Source: Anthoceros angustus (taxonomy: Eukaryota > Plantae > Anthocerotophyta). From it: DNA of 64,000 bases. The translations under genes and the position numbers were made by a program. The stretch lies in assembly GCA_010909165.1 (NCBI GenBank), contig VJWM01000151.1:372001-436000 (forward strand), given 5' to 3'. Below the pieces are notes generated by a model, which was given only the letters and a program-made list of their open reading frames with translations, did no database searches and was not told the DNA's origin. Of the stretch, positions 46,423 to 57,839 are shown in pieces (the first letter of the stretch is position 1; each line of letters opens with the position of its first letter).

Positions 46423-46883
46423 AGGAACGTGGGCAGGAGGAATACTAGTACACAGGGAAAAGTGGTTAAGTGGTTAAGTTTGCAGGCTGAACCACCTTCC
46501 CAAGCCCCGGCTATGTCCTGAGCTTCGCCTTCAACACATACTTAGCGGCGTTAACAGCATGATTGGTGATTTTCTCCACTTTCCTCACCTGTACAATGTG
46601 TTGGAGGCTGAAATTGGACAAAAGACTTTCCAGAAATTTCGAGGCTTCGGAACTAAAAGCTAGTATTGTAGCACCCCTTCTAGGTTGGAAAGCAGCTGTA
46701 GCCAGTTGGAGTATACAGACTGCCGCCATTAAGAGCCTGTTCGCCAGTAGGGCTGTAAGGGCCATACACCCATCGCGAGGAGTCACACATCCTCATCCAC
46801 AATCGTCACATTGTATAAGGCTCATTGTGAGTCCATCCTTATCTAATTGTTCTCTCTTTTATCATCCTAGCCTGCCTGATTTC

Positions 46884-46957
46884 CTATATGGTACCGGAGC
46901 TCTTATATGGTACCAGAGCTCCTATATGGTACCGGAGCTCCTATATGGTACCAGAGC
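46884..46957 (+). repeat. 19-bp tandem x4 containing a tRNA-iMet PBS-like motif (TGGTACCAGAGC)
   Basis: CTATATGGTACC(G/A)GAGCTC at 46884, 46903, 46922 and 46941, alternating G/A. Located about 860 bp upstream of the Copia gag ATG. Confidence 0.75.
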
Positions 46958-47814
46958 AGGGTTGAGAATGTAGTCCCTTGAGAATCTAGTCCCTGAATAT
47001 CCTCGCCGGAGGCTTCACCCGATATTCATGAACGCCTCTGAACCGACCCACAAGCCCATGGACTGCTTTGAGCGGGGATTTGCTAAAAGAACCTGCAGGA
47101 TTTGATGCCCTAGCCTTGGCGATTTACCCCGCGGCCCAAGTGACACCTCTGCCCAGCAATCCAGCCTGGATTCCGCAATCAAGTGCAGAAATTGTGAGAT
47201 CATCGCCATGCCGTTACCCAAGATATGTATGCCCTTCACACGAGTGATTCGAGGTTCAATTCATCCTAGAAACTTCACCAAATCGGAGCACCATTTAAGG
47301 CCCCAAGTGACTTGTGCCCACCGTCCGGATTCGAGAATTTCCTAGAAGATCTGACGAATTTTGTAGCCGGCATCGCCCCGTCCCCGAGCTGCAAGGCGAG
47401 CCACGCGCGGCATCCACGGCCGGGGGCCAACTGCCGCCCGCACCCACGCCCGGGGGCCAACTGCCGCCCGCACCCACGCCTGCATGCGAACCGGTGCGCC
47501 GGGCGCTTAACTTCGCGCCCGGTCGTCTCCCGATCCGTGGGGGCGAACCGGTGCCCCCTAAACCAGCAGTAGACCAACATGCCTGGTCATCAACCGGTGC
47601 GCATGGGGGACACGTTGCTCCCACCTGGTTTGGACCTGGTGGATGGGAGCACCCTTACCCCTCCTCCTTACCTTTGTCATGTTTTTCCACCACCTTTTTC
47701 TCTATTCTTCAACCTTGTTTTTTTATATTCCGCCCTAAGTGATCACACATTTCAAGCTTTATCTGCCATGAAACCATCCAATCAAGATATAAATTAAGGA
47801 CTATTTTCTTAATC

Positions 47815-48545
47815 ATGGCATCTAGCGATTCCGTACATAAGCTGGTGAATTTCTTTGATAATATTAATTATGCCTCTTTGAGTCGTAAGATAGAGGTCTT
47901 TCTCCTCCGAGAAGACCTATTTGGCGTTATCGGCTAGTCCAAGCAGAGGCCCTCTACTCTATCTGCTACACCAGGTGGAATGGATGCACATACCTCCACG
48001 ACCAGTTTTGGAAGTAAATTTGAATGGGACTCCAAAGACCGGAGGGCAAGAGCAAACATCATGCTCTATATGAAGGACGCTCAACTGAGCGTGGTTCGGC
48101 ATCTGTCAACCTCCAAGGAGGTTTGGGACGTCTTGAAGAAGAAGTACATCTTTGACAATATCATGAATAAGGGTTACCTAACACGTGAGTTCTACAACCT
48201 CCGTAAGTCAAAGAACGAATTGGTCGAGCGGTTCGTGAACAAGTTCATAAACCTAAAAGATTCAATTGAGTTGGCGAGCACCTCCATGTCCAACCACGAT
48301 ACCTCTATGCAACTCCTGCAGTCTATGCCCCCTCTAGGTCAGCATTGGTAATGATGCAACCGACGAATCCAAGGTTGTTGGACGATATTGCCTCGCTGTT
48401 GAAGCAAGAGGAGCAATGGAGGAAGGTAGCTCACACCGCAGCCCCCGGCAATATCGCTCTCTTCACTTGGGGTAGGACTGGCCCTCATCGAGGATGGTAG
48501 TCCGGAGGATCCGGTAGGGCCAACCCCCTGGCATTTGCTTTGCAA
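47815..48545 (+). mobile_element. Ty1/Copia gag fragment (Retrotran_gag_2/UBN2-like), disrupted
   Basis: MASSDSVHKL..FDNINYASLSRKIEVFLLREDLFGVI*, then WDSKDRRARANIML…TSKEVWDVLKKKY…LLQSMPP, ending at the start of the knuckle (PGICF). Confidence 0.85.
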
Positions 48546-48893
48546 TCGAAGAGGAATTCAAACAAAGTGCAATACTCACTCTTTACGCAAATGAAAAATG
48601 ATCAGAAGAAAATATTCAGTAGCTCTTTTGTACGTGCATTACGTGGCGCTTCGCGTAACCCTAACGAAACGTAACCTAACTAAGGGTTGGCTTTTCATCC
48701 AACACTCCCTCTTAAGCAACGCTAAGTTAGGCTGTTATCGCCATGAGCGCCGTTCACATCAGCAGGAAACCTTAACGTATGTCATGTGGCTCTACTCCGT
48801 TACGTCACTTGCTGCCGAGAGCATCTCCCTCTGCTTCCTTCTCACACTGCTGTCAACTTGCTTCACTAGACGTCGCGTGACGGCGATGAAGAC

Positions 48894-51800
48894 CGCAGGA
48901 GCTATTGGTACACACGAAGTAATGAGGCACATAACACGAGGCCGGCGCAAATGGTTTTGCCTTCGGCATCCCATATGTCATGGGGCCATGCCCACTCGCA
49001 CCCACTGCGCATGTCCACACCATCCACGCATTCGTTGACAGACGCAGCCTTGGTTTGGGCGTTGCCAAACTCCGTCCTCAAGTTGTGCCAGGGCATAGTT
49101 ATTCCAGGAAAACGAAAACGGGCGGGCAAAACGCTTTGGTTTCAAAACACATGTTAATGAAAGCCTCCGGACCTTCCCGCTCAATTACTCGAGTGTGTCA
49201 CCAAGCTAGCAATGTGCATTGCTGATCACGCTATGGGAAGTGGTATGATGGTCCTTGTAGGCGCGGAGGCGTCTTGCGTCGTGGGATTGATTAGGTGTGG
49301 GGGCTTGTAGTTCATCTGTGGGTAAAGTGTAAGGTTTCAATTCCTCCGGCTGATTCACGAGAGTTGTGATTGCTTTGCAGAGATCATTTAATTAGCCTAA
49401 TCTCGAGGCCGGTTAAGCATTTTGATGTCGGGTGTTATGCTACCTCTGTAGATGGCAAGGTTTCCTTATGAGATCCGAGACTCCACCGCCAGCATTTTCA
49501 TGAGCGGCTTGGAATGGCTGGACACCATACATGTAGTTAAATAAAATTATGAGGTGGTACATTCCATGGGAAAGGGTTTGAGACTTCTTGACGGTGAGGA
49601 GCAAAATCCAATTTTTCCAACGAGCTTTGAAGGCTTACAGCGGTCGAGCGGGGCACGTAAGTATAATGTCACATCACCAACCACACCAAAACAATACATA
49701 AGGTATTGCTGTGCGTATGGTTCCAGATCTGACAACCGTCTCCAAAGTGATGCACCCTTGGTGGACATGACTAACAAGCCAAAGTCTGGACCTGGAAGTC
49801 GAAGGAGCAAGGTGGCTTGTGGGGAGAGCAGGAAAGTAGGTTGTGAGTTTGTGGTTGTCATTACTCAATTGGAGTTGTTTCAAGATATTGCTCAAATCCG
49901 TTTTGATCAGTGGCATCATGTGAATGCCTCTGGTGACTTTTGCCATGGATTGTTAGCAGCAGATGCAGCTCCCTCATGTGCTCTTGCTCCTTTTTTATCA
50001 GCAAGCAAGAGAGAATGGGTGAAGCACAAACTTTTGTGCAAAACCACTCCATATCAGATTTTATGTGATCACGAGAACGATGTCTATGTTAGGATGCAAG
50101 GGGATCCTAACGTTGTCTTACATAGACATGATTTTCTCTTGCCTAAGGACATACGCAACTTGCAGGCTGAGTTGGATGCAAGGACTTAGAGACTCCATAC
50201 CATTGATGAAGTCGGTGTCAAGCTATGGATTGACATCCACAGGATATTGTTTTCTTCCCACCACCGGTGCTTGATGGAGGGCACACATTTTACTTTAGGG
50301 TTTCAAACAAGATTCCGGAGGAATGCATGCTTCCTTTGGGGCATCAATCCATCATTTCAATGGATGCCACATTCGGCACCAACAAGTGGAAGGTTAGATT
50401 CTTTGCATTTCAAACACAAGATTGTGGGATCTTGGCTTAACTCGCTTTCTCTTTATTTGATTTCAATTGTTCACTTTCTTTGGTGTTCGATGATCACCGC
50501 AATGGCATACCGATGCTTTGGTAGTGACGATCAATCTCTTGAGAACACATGGCCATGTGGTTAACTTTTGCAAAGGAAATTGCAGTCACTACGGTTAGAT
50601 TGGCATCCTACGGCTTTCCTTGTCGATGGTATGCGGCGGAGATAAAAGCAATCGGCAAGTATTTGGCAGCACAACTCTTGTGTTCCTCCTACATGGCATG
50701 TCTGGCGAGCTTGGTTGCGGCTCTTGAAGAAAGTCAAGTCCATAGTAGCAGGCAGCCATGATGAAGGCCTTGGAAATGTTGTGTACATGGACATGGACTC
50801 AAGGAATGATCTAGCATCAGCCGGATGAAGCTTCAAGAGTTTCTGAGGTGTATGGTGCCTCGGAAGCAGTTTGTGCATTATTTTCAGCGGCGGTGGGGGG
50901 ATGTCATGGACATGTGGATAAAAGCAGTGAGGACTATACCTCACGCAGCCAAGGCGCAACTCTTGATCGAAGCTTATCATCGTCACCTTAAATCGTTGTC
51001 TCCTCACAAAGAAGAATCTTCAGCAAACGACTTGGCTTTTACATATCCCGACGACGGCGCTAGGCCTAAATATCGGTTCGCCAAGTGCGGCTGGCGAACC
51101 GACATGCCATGCCATGAGCATGGCCTTCCTCTCCTACTCCTCTCTCTCTTATCCGTGCCAACCCGCAAGCCACAGGAGGCGGCGGAAACTAATTCAAGTT
51201 CCCATCGCCGATTGTCGTGGCAATTCCAGCGCGTCTTGCCCGCCGTTCGTTTAGTTGAGAGCGAGGCGGAAGGCGCTCTGCTCAAAGCGGGGCACAGTAA
51301 GAGTTGAAAGACCGAAGGCGGGAGGATGCACATATCTTGATCGTGCTCCGGTGATGGATGAGGTTGCGCATTGTCCTTTGCGATTCGAGGCTGGTGGAGG
51401 AAATTTTCTTTCAATGACTTGGAATGGCAGCAATCCTCATACAAGCATCCATCTTGTCCTGGCCAAGACAAACAACGACAACTAGCTTACATCCCTTGGA
51501 CCAGAGTGCAAGATTTCATAGAGGGCATGAACTCATTGCCACATGCTCCTACAAATTATTACAAGGCATCTCGTAGAGGGCCGGCCAACAATACTTCAGC
51601 AGTAAGTTGTCTGAAGCTAGATGCAGCCATTGTCACAACACGGTATGTATAGACCCTAAGGATTCAATCCGTTTACTTTCTGCTTGTTGGTATCATTGAA
51701 AGATTTCATCTTCAGTGTTTTGCTTGCAGTTATTGGTGTGGATATGGGCCACAGGACTTGCGGAATGTTCCCATGCCTCCACCACCTGTACCTATTACTG

Positions 51801-54800
51801 TGGAGGGTGAGAAGAAGCGTAGACGGTCTCGGATTGCTAACGGTGAAAGCATCAAACACGGCTGTCAAGCTTCGTTTGCCATTACCGATTCTGAAGATGG
51901 CGATGGTATTGCTCAAGTAACATTATACGAAACTATGCACGTGGATGTTTCGGAAGAGTGTGTCATGGCCCAGAGTACGTAGGCATGCCAAGAGATGTCA
52001 GGGCTCCTCACTTGAGTGCTGACAAGAAGGCATGGGTGAAACATGGTTTACTGTGTAATGTTTCTGTGTCAGAGATTCTTAGACGACACCAGGAGCAGGT
52101 GCAGGCGAAATGTTGTGGGCTTTCAACAAGCTTGGAGCATGAGTCACAGTATGTCCAGGTTAGAGATGATTTCTTGACACGTGCAGACATTGACAATCTT
52201 GCCGACTTGCAAGGTACAGTGTGGAAACATCATCAGGATGACAATATTAGTGTGGGTATATGGATGCGGCTCAATGCTGCATTTGTGTTTCACAAGTCCA
52301 CTGCTGATCAGTCGTTTTGTTTGGGGATTCAGACCCCGTTCATGCTTCAGACCTGTTTGACACATGGTAAGAATAATGTGCTCGGGATTGATTCCACGTT
52401 TGGTGTAAACCAGTATAAGTACCAGCTCTTCACAATTATGGCTTTCGACCTTCACATGAATGGTATTCCGGTAGCGTGAGTTTTGGCAAAGGACGGTATA
52501 AGTGACACCATAGCCAGGTGGTTGACATCTTTTCATGAGGTTCTGTTAAGTAAGGATGCAACTTGGAACGTTGCCCTCCGCAATATTGGTTGATGATTGT
52601 GCAGCTGAGATTGCTGCAATTCGAAAGGTTTACAATTACAGTGTTCCTGTTCTACTTTGCCTCTGGCATGTGCGTCTTTCTTGGCTCCGTAATCTTATTA
52701 AGAAAGTCCAGAACATGGTAGACAAGGAAGCCATATGGCAGGAATTAGGTGAACTGATGTACGTCAAGGGCTCCAGCACATCAATTTGAGATACAATTCG
52801 GGAGGGTGAGCAGTTGCTATTTTCCTTCTATGCCAAGTGGGAGAAATGGCAACCCGCGTCAGGCTATTTCAACAACTGGGTGCACAACTAGGTTAGTCCA
52901 TATCTCCACCTCGTATTCTCCCTTTTCAAGCTTGTGCACATACACATCTTCACAAGGCTGTTTTGATTGCAGGCATGTTCATAAAAATGCCCGCATGCGT
53001 ACATGGCAAGAGCTTCTCTGCTATAGAGGCATGGCATCGATTTTAAGCGAAACTTAGTCTTACGAGGGCATCTCTTGGCAGTAGATCCGTTACATCAATT
53101 GTGCTTCGTAATTGCGTCCCATTATTGGTATGTGAACCATTGCAAAGAAGGAGGGTATGTGGTTAACACAGCCGAGGAGAAACTGGTGCACACTAAAATA
53201 GATGGGGCAACTCTAATTGAGGATGATAATGTTACTTTGCCTTCCCCACCTTGTACCACAGCTTTATGCCCAGAGTTCAACAGATGCCCATGTGACATAT
53301 ACAATTGAGAATGCAGATTCCATGTGGGCTACATGTGAGTGTGCTCAAGGGAGGAAAGGCTTTATTTGTAAACACATCGTGAAAGTGCAGGATATGCTTG
53401 GAGTGCTCTCATACACACTCCGGATGAAACGTCGGTATACAGCAACGAATGGTTTGGTAATTCAGGAGCCTGTAACGACTCTTGCCTTCTGTAATAATAG
53501 AGAACAGGTGATGGAAAGCATTTCATGCAACCTGCAACCCGCTGTGGAGGGTGTTTTATGTAACGAAGCGGAAATAAGATCGATTCGCCTGAACAAGATT
53601 GCAATACTATTGTGAATTTGATGCACAAGAATAAGGAAGTCGTGGGGGATGTAGCACTTTTGGGGAAACGTACACTCATGGATGTCCAACGTTTGATTGC
53701 ATATGAGCGGAAATGCAACACGGCGACCTCTTCAAGCATTCACCACCAACGAGGGAGACAACAACATCGTCAGGACTAAGCCATTCTTCTCACCACCGAA
53801 GAAAAAGAAGAAGAGAGTGACTTGGAAGTTATCAGCAGACAAAGAAAACTAGCATAGGTGTAGGTGCGATGTAGGTGCCAGTAATGTCTCCCTTCAGATG
53901 TTTTGACCAACGCTGCAATTAATCAAAAACTCAATCTTGGTGATCGTCCTCTTCGCTCATCTTGGTGATCCTCCTCTATGCTTGCCTCGGTCGTCCAGCA
54001 TGCCTGAACGCTGCGTGCCGACGAAGTTCGACTTTGTATCGTGCAGTATCGCGGTATTCGTGACGACGGAACTTGAATTAGTTCCCCGCCAGGGGTCTTG
54101 GCCAGCTGGTACGGGATACGAGAGAGAGGGCAGGGAGAGGAAGGCCATGCTCATGGCATGGCATGTCGATTCGCCAGTCGTACAGCAAACCGATATTTAG
54201 AAACTAACTGACGGACGAAGTGAACAAACATTTTTGGTACCAAAGACAATGTAAGCAGAGTGGCATCATTAGGAATAATAAGCAAGAACAGGTTGTTAGA
54301 AGCGCACTGAACAAAGCATTGGAAATCCCAGAGTCCGATGTATCCCTACCTTGTACTGGGCAACCATATGCTATCGTGAGGAGCGAGAATACAAAGAAGG
54401 ATAAGGCTTATCATGTGTTTAACGCTGGCTCTCCTTGGTGCAGCTGCACATGCAAGATTTCATCTACAGGGTTTCTTTGTAAGCATCAAGTGAAGGTCAT
54501 GATGCTCTTGCAGGAAGTAGTGCCCACAGAAACCCTTGTGGGTATATATGCATCAGTGGCTACTTCACAAGAATCGTATAGACAAGCACCTCTATTTTCT
54601 GCCGGGAGGTGAACTTTGTGGTATTGTTCAAACGAGCTGACAATTGTGCATCGTCCTTTGTCACAAGTCAGGTGCTAGAACAAATGGGATTACGAGAGCT
54701 CCTGTCCCCGCCAAATGAACTTAGCAACTGTTTGGGAAAACATATCAAGTTTAGTGCAGAGGAAACCTGGCATTGAGGCCCATGCAGTTGCACTGACACA

Positions 54801-56023
54801 AGGTGTGTTCCGGCAGTTAGAGGGTGTGGCTGCAGAAGCTGAGGAGAATAGTCTAATGCAGATTCCATACCTCTTGCCAATATTCGAGGCGTCCGACAAT
54901 AGCTTGAAGAGGAAGAAACCGTTTTGGGAAAACAGTCTATCATGGAAACTGCCTCCGAAGGCAAAGTGCCCTACATTTGCTGAACAAGCTGCAGGAAGGC
55001 TGCCATCAGAATCGATTATGTAGAAATGCCGATCCTTGCCGATTGTGCAAAGGCTGGCCACGTTTTTGTCTTTGCTCACTCACCTGCAAACGCGATTGTC
55101 GCAATCCATCTTACAACCAGAACTCCGTTGTTTGGGGTCCAAAACATAATACAGACATATCATTCTGTAACCCCTGCATAGACCTTCCATTCAAGATCTT
55201 GGGCATAGAAATCCGTGAACTGTGCGTGCAAAAATCAGCAAAAACCTCCTGCTACATTCTTGTTCTTGTGCATCCGTTTTTCAATGATACCGCAAGCATT
55301 TGGATGCCAAACCAAAGTACAGACATACCATTATGTAGCCCGTGCAGAGGGCTTCGATTTTAGATATTGGCTAGGGCATTCTGCAAATAGTGCATGAAGC
55401 GATCTGGAAGAAATGTTCTGCTGCAATCTTGTTGTTATGCATCCGTTTTCCACCCATTCTTGGGGAGTTTAATGTCCATTTTCAGCGAGACAAACCCTGA
55501 AAGATTTGCTTTCAAATGAGCTGTGAAACTAGACACCAAACATCAGCCAAGAATTTGACGGGAGCAAGCTTTCTCCCCAAAGGGTTAAGGCTGCGTGAAT
55601 GCGTGGAAAGGCTGCGTGAATGCACAACCATACACTACCATTGTGCAGGCGCTGCAAATTGGATCACACTGCCATTGTACATGAAACCTCCTTTCTGTCT
55701 CAATCCCGGGCCCCTTGAGTCCGTCGGCTGGAGGCGGCGGCACCGCGAAATGGATAGCAAGTAAGGGTCTTTGATGTTTGAAACAAAACTAATCCCCAGC
55801 ATAAGTGTATCCTGGCACAACATAGGGACGGCGTGTAAGGGAGCGGGCGTCCAAGGCGGCAGCCAGCTGTGCCGTCCAACGTACGTGTGCGGGATGGTGT
55901 GGACATGCACAGTGGGTGCGAGCGGGCATGGCCCCATGACATAAGGGATGCCGAAGGCAAAACCATTTGCGCCAGCCTCGTGTTATGTGCCTCATTACTT
56001 CGTTTGTACCAATAGCTCCTGCG
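48894..56023 (+). mobile_element. Mutator-like element (MULE A) with long TIRs, 9-bp TSD GATGAAGAC, and MULE/SWIM transposase split by MULE B
   Basis: TIR CGCAGGAGCTATTGGTAC…GAGGCACATAACACGAGG…CATGGGGCCATGCCC (at least 150 bp) at both ends. GATGAAGAC at 48885-48893 and 56024-56032. Transposase motifs RYCCAYG, SMDATFGTNK, TAFLVD, IEAYHRHLK and SWIM CSCTC…LCKHQ (54440-54490). Confidence 0.93.
51060..54207 (+). mobile_element. Second Mutator-like element (MULE B) nested in the transposase of MULE A
   Basis: About 145-bp TIRs (CTAAATATCGGTT…GACATGCCATGCCATGAGCATGGCCTTCCTCTCC…AACTAATTCAAGTTCC) at 51066-51215 and 54055-54200. Transposase motifs GIDSTFGVNQYK, AILVDDCAAEI, LCLWHV, AIEAWH and SWIM CECAQ…ICKHIV. 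The right TSD-like CTGACGGAC restores the host reading DWLLHILTDEVNKHFWY. Confidence 0.88.
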
Positions 56024-56584
56024 GATGAAGACGCGCAGGGGCACAGTTTACAACTGTCCTCTACAATATGGGAAACGACAACGGAAGAAGGAAAGGACGG
56101 AGGCAGATGGAAACAACTAGGAGACGGGAGTAGACGGCCGTGGAGGTCATGCACATCATTGGAGGAGCCGGTCACTCAGATGAACAGCCTTTCAGTACAC
56201 AGGGAGCCGTATCCTAGGACGACTAGGGTGCCCTAGGAAGAAGGACCTGAATAGCGGGGACCAGATCTCCGCTTCTCAGTGATGGCCGCGCCAGTGCTAC
56301 TGGCCAGGCTCCGAGCTGCCACGGACAGGATAGCAGAGTTGGAAGCACTCATGGCTGTCAGTGGGGTGCCACTGCCAACAGATGATTAATGGAAAAGTCC
56401 TCCTGCTTTGTGATTTACTAGACTGACAATGCGGGCTGATTGGATTCTAAGGTGAGCTTCATCCAAGCACCACCATGTCACTGTTGATGATGACAAGAGA
56501 CTAAGGTACTAACCAAAGTCCGGGTGTGGTGGTGAATCAGTTATCGGCGGCTGTGATCAGTCAAATACACCATCATCATACACC

Positions 56585-57830
56585 TAAGGAACCTTAGAAG
56601 ATGGACTTTATAAGCTGTCAGTCCAAGTGGGTCCCAAACATTCCATCAAAGTAGCATTTCAAGATTCTATCACACGAATACCTACTATGCTTTGGCATTG
56701 TCGTCCCGATCATTCCAATAGTAAAAAATTATTTCAAATGTCTAAGGGAAACCTATATAGAACTCATGTCTCTCCAAAATAGAACACTACCTTGGTGTGA
56801 AGTTTGTGTCTTAACCAAAAGACATCAAGCTCCTTTTCAGAACATCTCTCCACATAGGGCTATATCATCTCTCGAGCTTGTTCATATAGACATTTGTGGT
56901 CCCATTTCTAAACCCTCCTTTAGTGGCAGTAGATACTTTTTGACTTTCATCGACGACTATTCTCGCGTTGTCTTCACCTATATTCTTAAACACAAGAGTG
57001 ATGCTTATCATTTTTCAAGGAGTACATGGCTTGGGCAGAGAGATTAACAAATAAAAAACTCAAGACCTTACGTTCTGACTATAGTGGCGAGTTTACGTCA
57101 CATGCATTTGCTGAGTTTTGTCGAGCTGAAGGCATAGCTCAACAACTCACTATTGTACACACTCCTCAGCAAAATGGTATAGCATGAAATAAGAATCTAT
57201 GCCTACAATAGATTATAGGCTGTTTATTATCCCAAGCACACTTACCAAGAGTCTATTGGGTAGAAGCTCTTCTTACAGCCACTTATGTCATTAATAGATT
57301 GCCTATGTCTATTGTTCAAGGTATGACTTCATATGAAGCATTCACTAGTAAAAAGCCTTTTGTCGATTATCTTCGAATTTTTGAATCTCCTGCTTACATG
57401 TTCATTCCTACAACACAACGTAAGAAATTAGACCCTAAGGCTGCTCAATATACTTTTATTGGCTATAGTGAAGGAATCAAAGGTTATAAGTTATTTGATC
57501 CCTTTACCAGGAAGCTCATGTACGCACGCAGTATTACTTTCCATGAGTGTCACCTATTTTCTCCTTCAATGGGAGCTCCTGACTCTGGTAATCTTCCTTC
57601 AGCCATTGAGGATTCTGATTATTCCTCTTTTGATGATGGTGCCTATATTACTCACTTTCCTATTCTTACTTCTTGAGTTCCTTTAGTGAAACCTATTGTG
57701 CAGGAGGAGGAGGAGCTACCACCTCTTCCACGACCCCATATACCTCCGTCCGATACCCATGAACCTCAATATCTTGAGGATATTCCTGATGCAGAATCTA
57801 GTGAATCTGACTATGATGGGGACCCTGACC
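56585..57830 (+). mobile_element. Ty1/Copia GAG-pre-integrase and integrase (continuation of the 47815 element); RT/RNase H not in the window
   Basis: DGLYKL, LWHCR, CEVCVLTK, LELVHIDICGP…YFLTFIDDYSR, TPQQNG, WVEALLTATYVINRLP, and KLDPKA..FIGYSEGIKGYKLFDP. Confidence 0.92.
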
Positions 57831-57839
57831 TTGGCTATG

